Shown here piece by piece: positions 28,156 through 37,958 of a stretch of DNA of 55,829 nt; position 1 is the stretch's first letter, and each line of letters opens with the position of its first letter. The notes under the pieces were generated by a model. The model saw only the letters and a program-made list of their open reading frames with translations, had not been told where the DNA came from and did no database searches. Source of the stretch: Candidatus Aenigmatarchaeota archaeon (GTDB lineage Archaea; Aenigmatarchaeota; Aenigmatarchaeia; CG10238-14; SCSR01); assembly GCA_039090665.1 (NCBI GenBank), contig JAWCSL010000004.1:1-55829 (forward strand), read 5' to 3'. A program made the translations under genes and the position numbers.

Positions 28156-29439
28156 ATGCTAGATATAAAACTAATAAGAGAACATCCAGACTTTGTAAGA
28201 GAAAATTTGAAAAAAAGAGAAGATCAAGAGAAACTAAAGCTTTTAGAAGAAGTTATAGTTTTGGATAAAAAATGGAGAGAGCTACAAACCCAAATAAACA
28301 AACTCAGACAAAAGAGAAACGAGTTAAGCCGAGAAATAGCTTTGAAGAAAAAAGAAGGAAAAGATATAGATCAACTTATAATGGAAGCAGAAAAAATTCC
28401 AGATGAAATAAAAAAATTGGAAGAAACAGCAAGAGAATTACAACAGAAATTGAGAAATGGTTTGTTAAGACTGCCAAACCTTTTGCATGAGAGTGTACCT
28501 TATGGTAAGAACGAAAATGATAATGTTGAGATAAGAAGATGGGGTTCTCCACCAAAGTTTGATTTCAAACCTAAAGATCATTTAGAAATATTAAAAAATT
28601 TGGGACTGATTGAACAAGAAAGAGCGGCAAAAGTTGCTGGTGCAGGATTCTTTTATCTGAAGGAAGAACTTGTTCTTCTCGATTTGGCAATACAAAGATT
28701 TGCCATAGATTTTCTGAGAAAAAGAGGATTTATCCTTGTTGAGCCACCTTTTATGATAAACAGGAAAGCTTATGAAGGAATGATAGACCCTAGTGACTTT
28801 GAAACAGTGACTTATAAAATTGAAGGCGAGCCTCTTTACTTGATAGCAACAGCTGAACATCCTCTAGGAGCTATGTTTATGGGAGAAGTTTTCGATAAAA
28901 AAGATTTACCGCTTAAACTTTGTGGAATTTCACCTTGTTTCAGAAAAGAAATTGGAACTCATGGAAAATACACTAAAGGTTTATTCAGGATGCATCAATT
29001 CAACAAAATAGAGCAATTTGTTTTTTGTTTACCGGAACAATCTTGGAAAATTCACGAAGAGTTGCAAAAGAATTCTGAAGAGCTTTACCAGCAGCTTGGC
29101 TTGCATTATCGTGTTGTTAATGTTTGTAGTGGTGAAATAGGTACAGTAGCTGCTAAAAAGTATGATATTGAATGTTGGATGGCAGATGGTAAATTCAGGG
29201 AAACAGGCTCAAATTCTAATTGCACAGATTATCAGGCCCGCAGACTTAACATTAGATACAGAGAAGGTCCTGGAAAGCCGCCAGCCGGCTTTGTACACAC
29301 TTTGAACAATACAGCATTGGCAACAAGTAGAACGATGATAGCCATAATTGAGCAATTCCAACAAAAAGATGGAAGCGTGATAATTCCAAAGGTTTTAAGG
29401 CCTTATATGAATGGAATTGAAAAACTAGAGAGAAAATGA
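28156..29439 (+). CDS. serS: seryl-tRNA synthetase
   Basis: LIATAE, FRKE..GLFRMHQF, SNCTDYQARR, HTLN. Confidence 0.97.
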   Translation: MLDIKLIREHPDFVRENLKKREDQEKLKLLEEVIVLDKKWRELQTQINKLRQKRNELSREIALKKKEGKDIDQLIMEAEKIPDEIKKLEETARELQQKLRNGLLRLPNLLHESVPYGKNENDNVEIRRWGSPPKFDFKPKDHLEILKNLGLIEQERAAKVAGAGFFYLKEELVLLDLAIQRFAIDFLRKRGFILVEPPFMINRKAYEGMIDPSDFETVTYKIEGEPLYLIATAEHPLGAMFMGEVFDKKDLPLKLCGISPCFRKEIGTHGKYTKGLFRMHQFNKIEQFVFCLPEQSWKIHEELQKNSEELYQQLGLHYRVVNVCSGEIGTVAAKKYDIECWMADGKFRETGSNSNCTDYQARRLNIRYREGPGKPPAGFVHTLNNTALATSRTMIAIIEQFQQKDGSVIIPKVLRPYMNGIEKLERK

Positions 29440-29631
29440 ATGAAAAAAGAGTAAGAGGCGAGCTGAGAATTCAAACTTTGGAATATGGGGAAGAAAGTGT
29501 GATGAAGAAAAAATTGAAAATTTTTCTAGGTGTGAAATCAATTTTAAAGGCGATGAAATAAAAAATTAGAAAAATGAGATTAAAGATAAAAATTTAAAAA
29601 AATAAAAAATTGAATTTTTCTTAACAATGTT

Positions 29632-30216
29632 ATGCGGCGAGAAATTTACAAGCTTTTTGATAAAACTCTTGAAAGATTAGACAGGGCATACATAGATAGT
29701 GAATTGAGAAAATTTAAAAATAGTAGAGCTATATTAGCGGTAGATACGAACATAGTTCTTGATGTATTAGAGAATAGGAAATATGAAGGAAAAAAATTTA
29801 ATAGTTTTTTTGATAGCAAGTTAATAACAATTTATGAGGTAATTTTGAAAGAATGTTTGCGTTTCACTGTAGATATTGATGGCGAAATAATTGAAAGCAA
29901 ATATGAAAGCCTGATGAATCTTTTGAATAAAGAAAATGTGAGAATTGTAAAAAAACCTTGTGAAGATTGGAAAAAGCTCATTGAAGAATGTAGTTCTTAT
30001 GATGATAAAGAACTTCTCATACAAACCTTAGAAAAAAATATTGAGCTTCCAGACATTCAATTCTTTTCGCAAGCCATATACGAGATGTTAACAATTATCA
30101 CAAGAGATAGTGGGATAAAGATGATAGCTAAGCTGTATAATATTCCTCTCACACCCAATAAAAAATCAACTCCTACTAATAATTGGAGAGAATTTTTAGC
30201 CAACCAAAGAAAATAA
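29632..30216 (+). CDS. PIN-domain protein
   Basis: VDTNIV..E..D..IITRD. Confidence 0.7.
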   Translation: MRREIYKLFDKTLERLDRAYIDSELRKFKNSRAILAVDTNIVLDVLENRKYEGKKFNSFFDSKLITIYEVILKECLRFTVDIDGEIIESKYESLMNLLNKENVRIVKKPCEDWKKLIEECSSYDDKELLIQTLEKNIELPDIQFFSQAIYEMLTIITRDSGIKMIAKLYNIPLTPNKKSTPTNNWREFLANQRK

Positions 30217-31065
30217 AAAGAAAATTCCATCACCAAAAACCAAAGTGAAAATTAAAGCTAGAGGAAAAGTGGGTGCAAATCTCACACCTTCCTTAATCCA
30301 AACAAATTTTTTTCTCGATTTCCTGATTTTCTTTAGCTCTTTTTCTGTTATTCCTTCCCAAAGCTTACTTTCGAGCAAGACATCCCCAACCTTAAGCTTG
30401 GAAACAGGAATTCTTTTCTTGAAAGCAACTTCTTCTACAGCTTTTGTGAAGATCCACAATAAAAACAGACTACAACACAAAAAAGAGATTAAAACAGAAT
30501 TTGAAAAAATGGAATAAAAATCTGGAGATAGACCGAAAAAGTTAAATAGAAAGATGTTTGTCAAAGAAAACAGAAAAATTAAAACCACAAGCGAAATTAG
30601 TAAAAACTTGTAATTAGATTTGATGTTTTCGAAGAATTCAGAAAATATTTTTCTATTCAAAATTGCCAAGACAAAGGCATACAAGACCATATAAGCTGCA
30701 CCAACTATAAACACATTCAAAAGATAGCTTACTGCAAATGGAAAGTAAAGATTTTTTGTCAAAGATGAAATGAAAGGAGAGAAAAAGCCTACAGCAGCCA
30801 AAACTTTTGCATCACCTCCTCCCCATTGCCCTAAGCGATACATGAAAAAACCGAAAGCGAGAAGAAAAAGTCCATAGAGTAAACTTTCGATTAAAGGAGT
30901 AAAGTTAAAGTCGAGTAAACTTTTAACACAAGCTAAAAGTAAAGCCAAAGCTATCATGGTATGTGGAATTTCGTCTGGAATTTCTGTTGGTGTTATTTTT
31001 AAATCAAAAGCCGCGGCTAAAAAAGAGCCAAGGAAGGCAATCAAGAAAGCTAATAATTCAAGCAT
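30196..31065 (-). CDS. prepilin/prearchaellin peptidase (A24)
   Basis: FDLK..EIPD, GGGDAK, VRFAPTF. Confidence 0.9.
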   Translation of the reverse strand: MLELLAFLIAFLGSFLAAAFDLKITPTEIPDEIPHTMIALALLLACVKSLLDFNFTPLIESLLYGLFLLAFGFFMYRLGQWGGGDAKVLAAVGFFSPFISSLTKNLYFPFAVSYLLNVFIVGAAYMVLYAFVLAILNRKIFSEFFENIKSNYKFLLISLVVLIFLFSLTNIFLFNFFGLSPDFYSIFSNSVLISFLCCSLFLLWIFTKAVEEVAFKKRIPVSKLKVGDVLLESKLWEGITEKELKKIRKSRKKFVWIKEGVRFAPTFPLALIFTLVFGDGIFFLFSLVG

Positions 31066-31148
31066 AAGATTTATTTCCACTTACTTAGATTTAAGCCTTA
31101 AAGTAAAGAATTTAAACTTAGTTTTCATTATCACCAATTAAGAGAAAA

Positions 31149-31505
31149 GTGAAGAAAGAAGAATACGCACTTTACTCACTACCTTGGCTAGGAACGATAA
31201 AATGCGCAGAAGATTTAGGAAGAAGAATAAATTTTCTAGAAAATTTAGAGGAGATACAAAAAAATCTTCCAGAAGAAGCTAGAGACAAATTAGAATATCT
31301 CTTGAAAAAGAGCATACCTCAAGTAAGGAATTATACCATAATTTTAATTGGGAAACTACTTTTTTCTTTTATTTCGTTTCCGATTCTTCCCACGTATTTT
31401 GCATCAGAAATGTTATCAATTTCTGTTGGATTATATTTAGGGATGAGCAAGAAAAAATCTCAAGAAGAAGAAATGCTCGAGTTGCTGGAATATTTTAAAG
31501 ATTAG
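31149..31505 (+). CDS. hypothetical membrane protein
   Basis: 118-aa ORF with hydrophobic C-terminal half. Confidence 0.55.
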   Translation: MKKEEYALYSLPWLGTIKCAEDLGRRINFLENLEEIQKNLPEEARDKLEYLLKKSIPQVRNYTIILIGKLLFSFISFPILPTYFASEMLSISVGLYLGMSKKKSQEEEMLELLEYFKD

Positions 31506-31648
31506 GAATATTTTTTAAAGCCCATTTTGCTTGCTTCCTCTCTAAAACACTGTCTACAGTAATAAAGTCCATATTTTCTTATTATTCCGATACCAGCTCT
31601 TCCACATTTCCTACAAACTCTTGTTCCTCTTCCAAATTTCTTAGGCAT
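31502..31648 (-). CDS. rps14: ribosomal protein uS14 (not in ORF track)
   Basis: [48 protein letters not shown]. Confidence 0.95.
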   Translation of the reverse strand: MPKKFGRGTRVCRKCGRAGIGIIRKYGLYYCRQCFREEASKMGFKKYS

Positions 31649-31837
31649 TCAACCACCTAAGTTTCCAAGAATTTCTACAACATCTCTAAAACCCAAAACT
31701 TCCATCTCAACCAAATTTTCAAAAACTCTTGTATAGACTTTTTCAAAATCTTTTTCAATTTCAGCCTTTCTCAAAATAGCTCCACTCATCTTCAAGAGCA
31801 ATTCATCATCTATTCCACAAAAAATTTTTTCATTCAA
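31649..31837 (-). CDS. hypothetical protein inserted between uL5 and uS14
   Basis: 62 aa, coupled on both sides. Confidence 0.55.
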   Translation of the reverse strand: MNEKIFCGIDDELLLKMSGAILRKAEIEKDFEKVYTRVFENLVEMEVLGFRDVVEILGNLGG

Positions 31838-32336
31838 TTATCTCAACCCCAAACTTATTTTTCACCCATTCCATTGCTTCTTTTTTATTAATTCTATGTT
31901 TTTTAGGTATTTTTCTTTTCTGTATTTTTCTGTATTTTATCCTGAAACCAGGTCTTTTCAGAGTTACACAAACATCCAGGCCAAGCATGCCAACTTGATG
32001 AGAGTACTTAACCCCTTGTATGTGAATATACTCTTTTATACCAAAACTAAAATTACCTTCAGCATCAAATTGGGATGATTTAAGTTTGTTTTCAACAGCA
32101 TGCAAAGCTCTTCTTAGAAAGTCTTCCGCTTCTTTGCCTCTTAAAGTTACCATCGCTCCTACGGGCTTGCCTTTAGCAATTCCAAAAGTACTTCTCCTCT
32201 TTGATTTTGTTATGGTTGGTGTTTTTCCTGTTATCATCTCCAAAAGCTTTTTTGCCCTCTCGATTTTTTCAAGATCACCACCACAACCAACATTTAATGT
32301 GACTTTATCTATTTCAATTCTCCTCATAGGGTTCAT
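31830..32336 (-). CDS. rpl5: ribosomal protein uL5
   Basis: NPMRRIEIDKVTLNVG, GNFSFGIKE. Confidence 0.96.
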   Translation of the reverse strand: MNPMRRIEIDKVTLNVGCGGDLEKIERAKKLLEMITGKTPTITKSKRRSTFGIAKGKPVGAMVTLRGKEAEDFLRRALHAVENKLKSSQFDAEGNFSFGIKEYIHIQGVKYSHQVGMLGLDVCVTLKRPGFRIKYRKIQKRKIPKKHRINKKEAMEWVKNKFGVEIIE

Positions 32337-33034
32337 TCACTCACCTTTATCACTGGGCTTTCTTTGCCCACTACAAAGAAATAATCAAATATTACATTCA
32401 CTTTTTCACCTTCAACTTCACATGCTACTTTTTTAGGTTCTTGTGTTCTCGTGGAAATTATTTCTATCGCTTTACCAAGTTTTCCCGCATTTTTACCTTT
32501 AAGTATTACCCCAAGAGCACCTTTTTCTAGTTTGAGATGGTCAATGATTTTAAGAGATGGTAATTCTACTAGAACAGAATCGCCTGTTTTGTATATATCT
32601 TTTTCAACAAACAAATTTTTACCATCATGGAAATTGAGTTGAAGCCTCGCACCTTTTGTCATCTTTTTGTTTCTTATCCTCAAAAGTTTGAGTTTTGCTT
32701 CATCTTCAGAAATTTCCACTAGCTTCAAACCTTTTGTGAAAGGAACAATTCTATAATTTTTATTCAATTTTGGAATTGAGATAACATCCATTAATCCTAC
32801 AGGATAGCCTGGATCTTTTCTTGGCTTACCATCAACCAGAATTTCACCTTTCTTAATTATTGATCTTGCTTCTTTTCCTGTCTCGGCCAAACCCAAAATA
32901 TCTCTCACTATAATCAGCAAAGGGATACATTCAAATTTTTTATGTGGTCCTGGACTAGGTGAAACTGTCCAGGTAGTTTTCTTTTTTGGTATTTTCCAAA
33001 ATTCTGGTGCCAACAATCTTTTAAGTTTTGCCAT
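32333..33034 (-). CDS. rps4e: ribosomal protein eS4
   Basis: LKRLLAP, PGPH, YPVGLMDVI. Confidence 0.96.
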   Translation of the reverse strand: MAKLKRLLAPEFWKIPKKKTTWTVSPSPGPHKKFECIPLLIIVRDILGLAETGKEARSIIKKGEILVDGKPRKDPGYPVGLMDVISIPKLNKNYRIVPFTKGLKLVEISEDEAKLKLLRIRNKKMTKGARLQLNFHDGKNLFVEKDIYKTGDSVLVELPSLKIIDHLKLEKGALGVILKGKNAGKLGKAIEIISTRTQEPKKVACEVEGEKVNVIFDYFFVVGKESPVIKVSE

Positions 33035-33038
33035 TTTC

Positions 33039-33410
33039 TCACTTTTTTATTTTTCTTTCCAAAGCTTCTACTCTTTTCTTATCATCCAAATTCAAGCTTA
33101 TAATTCTTAAATTTGATGGATGGATTGGGACTTGAACTTCAGCTCCGGTTGTTTTCCTTCTAGTTATGCCTTCTATGTAAACTTTATATTTCTTCAAGTC
33201 AATTCTTGAAACTTTGCCTCTTTTTCCTTTAAATTCACCACGCATAACTTCAACTTCATCTCCTTTTCTCAAGGGTAAGCTTCTTCTTTTGTATTTTTCT
33301 CTAAGTTCTTTTGATAAATGGGCTGCCATCATCTTTCTCCTTATATGTAAAGGAGCTGTGAATAAGAACTTCCTTTGTTTTCTTGCTTTTTTTGATTTTG
33401 GTCTTTTCAT
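33039..33410 (-). CDS. rpl24: ribosomal protein uL24
   Basis: RKQRK..APLH, KGDEVEVMRG. Confidence 0.96.
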   Translation of the reverse strand: MKRPKSKKARKQRKFLFTAPLHIRRKMMAAHLSKELREKYKRRSLPLRKGDEVEVMRGEFKGKRGKVSRIDLKKYKVYIEGITRRKTTGAEVQVPIHPSNLRIISLNLDDKKRVEALERKIKK

Positions 33411-33448
33411 TTTTATCCTCCTGGAGACTGTTTATTTTTTTAAACTTT

Positions 33449-33471
33449 CACAAAACTTATTAAGTTTTGTG
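33449..33471. promoter_or_regulatory. 23-bp palindrome between rpl14 and rpl24
   Basis: CACAAAACTTA-T-TAAGTTTTGTG. Confidence 0.5.
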
Positions 33472-33515
33472 TTGTTTTCTTTTCCTACAGTTTGATGAAA
33501 ATTTTGTATTTCCAT

Positions 33516-33914
33516 TCAAACCACCATGCTTGCAATTTTTCCTATTGCAGAAAATCTTTCAACAGCCTCTTTTGCTACAGGCCCCTTGATTTCTGTTCCC
33601 TTTGGCTCAAAGTTATCATCAACTATTACGGCAGCATTATCCTCAAAACTTACCCTAATTCCTGAAGGTCTCCTGTATTCAGCCTTTTGCCTTATTATCA
33701 CAGCATTCACAACCTGTTTTCTAATTTTTACATCTCCTTTTTTAACAGAACATTTAACTACATCACCCACTCCAGCTCTTGGCTGCCTTCTTCTCACACC
33801 TTTATAACCAAAAACTGAAATTATCTGTAATACTTTTGCACCTGTGTTGTCTGCGCAATTTAAATAGCTACCAACATTTAAAGCTCTTGTAACTTTTGCT
33901 TTCACACCTTTCAT
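33516..33914 (-). CDS. rpl14: ribosomal protein uL14
   Basis: [15 protein letters not shown]. Confidence 0.97.
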   Translation of the reverse strand: MKGVKAKVTRALNVGSYLNCADNTGAKVLQIISVFGYKGVRRRQPRAGVGDVVKCSVKKGDVKIRKQVVNAVIIRQKAEYRRPSGIRVSFEDNAAVIVDDNFEPKGTEIKGPVAKEAVERFSAIGKIASMVV

Positions 33915-34261
33915 TTTTCTTCTCCTCTTTTCACAATTTCAATAACAACAAAAGCTTTTGTTTTGCTTAAGGGTCGACATTCAGCTATTTTAACTATATC
34001 ACCCTCTTTTGCATCTATGCACTCAGGATTGTAAGCTGAAATTCTTGAGTGCCGCCTTTCATATCTTTCATACTTTGGAACATAATGCAAGTAATTCCTC
34101 TCTATCACAACAGTTTTTTGGGCTTTGGCCGAAACAACTTTCCCTTCAATAATTTTTCCTCTTACTTTCAAATTTCCATGGAATGGACACTTCTTATCTT
34201 CACACACTCCTTTTGGTGGAGTCACATCCAAGCCTATGTCCCTTACTTGGTTTTTTGCCAT
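33911..34261 (-). CDS. rps17: ribosomal protein uS17
   Basis: [19 protein letters not shown]. Confidence 0.96.
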   Translation of the reverse strand: MAKNQVRDIGLDVTPPKGVCEDKKCPFHGNLKVRGKIIEGKVVSAKAQKTVVIERNYLHYVPKYERYERRHSRISAYNPECIDAKEGDIVKIAECRPLSKTKAFVVIEIVKRGEEK

Positions 34262-34343
34262 TTTTTTCACCTCAAAGTTTAAATTTAATTCACATACAAT
34301 ATTTTTAATCTTTTGTTTTTCAACTTTTAATCTTTAAATCACT

Positions 34344-34628
34344 TCACCATCTTGGAAATTTTCTCTTTATTCTATCTTCTGGTCTTGCCACAAGCAATTT
34401 TCCTTCAACTTCAACTTTTTCACCAGAAGGTAAAGTGAAAATGAAAACTGAATTTGCTTTTGGTATAATTTTTTCTTTTCCGTCTTCAGTTTCAATTTTG
34501 AAAGTGTTGTAAGTTTCGTCTATGATTTTGCCTTTCAAACCTTTTTGAGTAGGATCTGTAGATTTTGAGATTTTCACTTCTATACCAATCAGCTCATGTC
34601 TAACCAGATTTTTGGGTGTAATGGGCAT
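34344..34628 (-). CDS. rnp1: RNase P protein Rpp29
   Basis: HELIG, GKIIDET, RPEDRIK. Confidence 0.94.
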   Translation of the reverse strand: MPITPKNLVRHELIGIEVKISKSTDPTQKGLKGKIIDETYNTFKIETEDGKEKIIPKANSVFIFTLPSGEKVEVEGKLLVARPEDRIKRKFPRW

Positions 34629-34833
34629 AAAATAATTTTTTAAATCATTTTAATTAAATTCAATGTTTCCTAAAATTCAAGTGGAATCTACTATGTAAAT
34701 ATTAAACTCTTCAAGAAAAGCCAAATTAGAGGTATTGGTAGTTGAATGGAATTGTTTTTGTTTCTCCAAACTACCATTCCCAAAACTCTTCTGGTTTTAA
34801 ATTCACATTTTTAAATAACCCATTAAATTCTTC

Positions 34834-35169
34834 CTAACTTATTTCTATCTGTTCAGCCTGATAACCTAGCTTAACAAGTAACTCTTTCAGCTTGGCTCTA
34901 TGATCGCCTTGCAATTCAATATGATTGTTTTTGAAAGTTCCTCCACAAGCAAGTTTTTGCTTGAGTTGAGAAACAATTTCTTTAGCATTTTCTTTTATTC
35001 CTTCAATTATCGTTATTGGCTTACCAAATTTTCTTTTTTCTATGTAAATTTTTATTTTTTCTTCTTCTCTTTCCAAAACTCTACAAGTACAAAGATCTAC
35101 AGGTAAGCCACATTTTGAACAAATCCCTAAAGATGCTTGCGCTCCACAAGTAGGACAAACTTCTGTCAT
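34834..35169 (-). CDS. translation initiation factor aIF1/SUI1
   Basis: LACGGT, IELQGDHR; extra N-terminal CxxC. Confidence 0.94.
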   Translation of the reverse strand: MTEVCPTCGAQASLGICSKCGLPVDLCTCRVLEREEEKIKIYIEKRKFGKPITIIEGIKENAKEIVSQLKQKLACGGTFKNNHIELQGDHRAKLKELLVKLGYQAEQIEIS

Positions 35170-35171
35170 TT

Positions 35172-35378
35172 TTACTTCTTTCCCTCTCTTCTTCTTTCTT
35201 GCTTAATCGTTAGAATTCTTGCTATTGTTTTCTTTATTTGTTTAATTCTTCCAGGATTTTTTACAGGCCTACCCATCTTCACATTGCCTTGTTCTTTAAG
35301 AAGCTCGAGTCTGAGTTCAGAAAGTCTTTTGTCCAAATCTTCATCTTTAAGCTCTCTCAACTCTTTAACTGCCTTCAA
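35172..35378 (-). CDS. rpl29: ribosomal protein uL29
   Basis: KELREL..LRLEL..NPGRIK..IARILT; TTG start after GAGGAGG. Confidence 0.93.
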   Translation of the reverse strand: MKAVKELRELKDEDLDKRLSELRLELLKEQGNVKMGRPVKNPGRIKQIKKTIARILTIKQERRREGKK

Positions 35379-36027
35379 CAGTCTTTTCCTCCTCTTTTTC
35401 TTTTTCTTTTTCAACTATAAATTCTTTTTCCTCCATACTTTTTTCAAAAACAAATTCCTTTGGCATCTCTTTCATTATTTTCACTTGTATACCTACTATT
35501 CCTGGCTTGATATTTGCTTGAGCATATCCTGTATCCACAAAAGTTTCTGCATACTCTCCAGAAAATGCAACAAAACCTTTCTTGAATTTTTGGAATCTTG
35601 ATCTTTTTTTACCAGCAAGTTTTCCTCCTATTTTGATGTGAACTCCTATGGCACCAGCTTCCATAACTTTATCCAAGTAATAATTTGCAACTTTTTTGAA
35701 ATTTATTCCTTTCTCAATGGCATTTGCTATTCTTTTTGCAACTATGTGAGCATCAAGGAAAGGATTTTCCACTTCTCTCACATCAACAAGAGGGTTTTCA
35801 AAACCAAACTTTTTTCTTATCTCTTCGGTTATCTCTTCAATTTTTCTTCCTGATCTTCCTATCACAAGACCAGGTTTGTGAGCATAAATTATAAGTCTTG
35901 TGCCTAAAGGAGTTCTTTGAATTTCAGTATGGCTATAACCTGCTTTCTCGAATTTTTTAGCCAAATAAGCTTCAACTTCAGCCTCTTTTATTCCTTCTTT
36001 CACAAAAGCTTTCTCTATTGTCATCAT
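35365..36027 (-). CDS. rps3: ribosomal protein uS3
   Basis: KAGYS, RTPLGT, PGLVIGRSG. Confidence 0.96.
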   Translation of the reverse strand: MMTIEKAFVKEGIKEAEVEAYLAKKFEKAGYSHTEIQRTPLGTRLIIYAHKPGLVIGRSGRKIEEITEEIRKKFGFENPLVDVREVENPFLDAHIVAKRIANAIEKGINFKKVANYYLDKVMEAGAIGVHIKIGGKLAGKKRSRFQKFKKGFVAFSGEYAETFVDTGYAQANIKPGIVGIQVKIMKEMPKEFVFEKSMEEKEFIVEKEKEKEEEKTVEGS

Positions 36028-36383
36028 CTTTCCTCCACTTCTACTGTCAAATTAACAGACTTAGCCCTTTGTCCTCTCAAGTGCCACAAGCTTCTTGGTC
36101 TATAAAAACTCACCCCTTTATCAGCTTTTATATTTTTAATGAAAAGTTTATCAGCATTTAATCCTTTTTGTTTTGCATTTGCTTCAACATTTTTGAGCAA
36201 TTCCAAAAAAGTTTTGACGGCTTTGGTATAATATTTTCCGTTTATACTCACTTTGCCTGCGACTAAATTTTCCAAAAAAGTTTTTGCTTTATTCAACTTT
36301 TTACCTTTCAACTTTTTACAAAGAACTAAAGAATGTTTGAGAGATATTCTTGCATTAGGGAGTTTTGATATAGCTGTTTTCAT
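36024..36383 (-). CDS. rpl22: ribosomal protein uL22 (short form)
   Basis: RISLKHS, LLKNVEANA; position between uS19 and uS3. Confidence 0.9.
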   Translation of the reverse strand: MKTAISKLPNARISLKHSLVLCKKLKGKKLNKAKTFLENLVAGKVSINGKYYTKAVKTFLELLKNVEANAKQKGLNADKLFIKNIKADKGVSFYRPRSLWHLRGQRAKSVNLTVEVEER

Positions 36384-36391
36384 AAAACCAC

Positions 36392-36781
36392 TTATGTTGG
36401 CTTTGATGCATAGAATTTACTTCCTTTAGTAGCACCTATACCTGGGGCAGAATGCTTCACACGTTTAATAGGAATAGAAAATTCCCCTAGTCTATGGCCA
36501 ATCATTTCTGGTGTTATGTAAACACTTACCCATTCTTTGCCATTGTAAACACCAAGCTTTGCGCCCACCATTTGTGGTAGAATTATCATATCTCTTATGT
36601 GAGTTTTGTGAAAACCATCTGGATTTTTCTTTATTTTTTCCAAAAGCTTCTTTTGGTTTTCTTGTAAACCCCTTTTGAGAGTTCTTCTCTCTTTTGCTGT
36701 GAGTAATCGTGCAAACTCTTCTATACTCATCTTCTTGAGTTCATCTAAAGTTTTTCCTCTAAAAGTGAATACTTTTGTCAT
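36392..36781 (-). CDS. rps19: ribosomal protein uS19
   Basis: KTHIRDMIILP, MIGHRLGEF. Confidence 0.96.
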   Translation of the reverse strand: MTKVFTFRGKTLDELKKMSIEEFARLLTAKERRTLKRGLQENQKKLLEKIKKNPDGFHKTHIRDMIILPQMVGAKLGVYNGKEWVSVYITPEMIGHRLGEFSIPIKRVKHSAPGIGATKGSKFYASKPT

Positions 36782-36783
36782 TT

Positions 36784-37488
36784 TTAAACACCCTTTTTCC
36801 TACCCATTCTTTTTGGACTTATAGATCCTACTTTTGCTCCTGGGGGTGCAGAGCGTTTAACTGCCTTTGATGGTCTTGGTCTTTTTCTTTTTCCTCCATA
36901 TGGATGATCTGTGGGGGTCATGGCAACTCCTGCACTTCTTGGATAAAGCTTGCCCCTTGCCATCATGGCGTGAAGTTTTTTTCCGGCTTTGACCCAAGGC
37001 TTATCAACTCTTCCACTACCTGCTGGCACTCCTATCGTTGCTCTACAATCACCTAACAATTCAACAACTTTTCCAGACGGGAATTGAACTTTAACTCTAT
37101 CCCCAACCTTACCTACAACAAGTGCAAAACTACCACTAGCTCTACAAAGCTTAGGCCCTGAGCCAGGATAAGTTTCAATCGAGAAAATTTTAGTTCCTTC
37201 GGGAATTTGGGATAAAGGCAAGACATTTCCAGTTACAGGCTCTCCACCATAGCTTATAGTATCACCAACTTTCAGGCCTTCTGGTGCTATGTGTAAAATT
37301 TCCTTTCCATCTTCAAACTTCACTATAGCAACAGGGGCACTTCTTCCAGGGTCATCTACAATATCTTTTACTTTTCCTGTTATCCCAAGAATTGGAAGAT
37401 ACTCAACTCTACCTAAATATCTGTGGCTTGGTGCCCTGTATCTAGGTCCTCCCTTTCCTCTAGCTCTGGGAATTATCCTTTTTCCCAT
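36784..37488 (-). CDS. rpl2: ribosomal protein uL2
   Basis: MGKRI..RGKG, DPGRSAP, DHPYGG. Confidence 0.96.
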   Translation of the reverse strand: MGKRIIPRARGKGGPRYRAPSHRYLGRVEYLPILGITGKVKDIVDDPGRSAPVAIVKFEDGKEILHIAPEGLKVGDTISYGGEPVTGNVLPLSQIPEGTKIFSIETYPGSGPKLCRASGSFALVVGKVGDRVKVQFPSGKVVELLGDCRATIGVPAGSGRVDKPWVKAGKKLHAMMARGKLYPRSAGVAMTPTDHPYGGKRKRPRPSKAVKRSAPPGAKVGSISPKRMGRKKGV

Positions 37489-37570
37489 TCAGACACCAGT
37501 ATTTAATTAATTGTGATTTGAATAAAATGAATTTTTAATATTTTAAATGTTTTTGGTTTTAAGGACAGTT

Positions 37571-37786
37571 TTACTCCAACCCCAATTTTTCTTTCACTTT
37601 TTTGTAAATTGAATCAATTGATGAAGAAACAAAAATAAAGGGAGGGTTTAATACATCAAGATTTTCGTCCAAAATTTCATTAATCAACCTTTCCACATAA
37701 CTATTTGTTTTAATTCCATCTTTTTCAAGTAATTCTACTATCTTTAATCCATAAACCATTCTTGATAAATTCAAATAACAAGACAT
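37571..37786 (-). CDS. hypothetical protein
   Basis: 71-aa ORF in the uL23-uL2 insertion. Confidence 0.5.
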   Translation of the reverse strand: MSCYLNLSRMVYGLKIVELLEKDGIKTNSYVERLINEILDENLDVLNPPFIFVSSSIDSIYKKVKEKLGLE

Positions 37787-37817
37787 AAATTAAAAAGAAA
37801 ATTTAAACTATTTAAGT

Positions 37818-37900
37818 TTAAACGACCCCTGTTTTATTGCAATGTGTATAAACTCTTAAGTTTTTAACTTCAAAACAATTTCCAAAAGCTTCTTTCATTG
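37818..37900 (-). pseudogene. degenerate duplicate of the rpl23 3' half
   Basis: 37863-37895 matches 38698-38730 at 29/33 nt; ends ...GVV* like ...GIV*. Confidence 0.7.
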
Positions 37901-37958
37901 TAAAATGTAAAACGAAAGAATTAAATACTTTACTGTAGAAAAAAATAGAGGAGAAAAC

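Noticed and set aside
29272-29290. AAAGCCG/CGGCTTT hairpin in serS as a hidden intron
   Set aside because: No flanking BHB, and the protein length is normal at this position.
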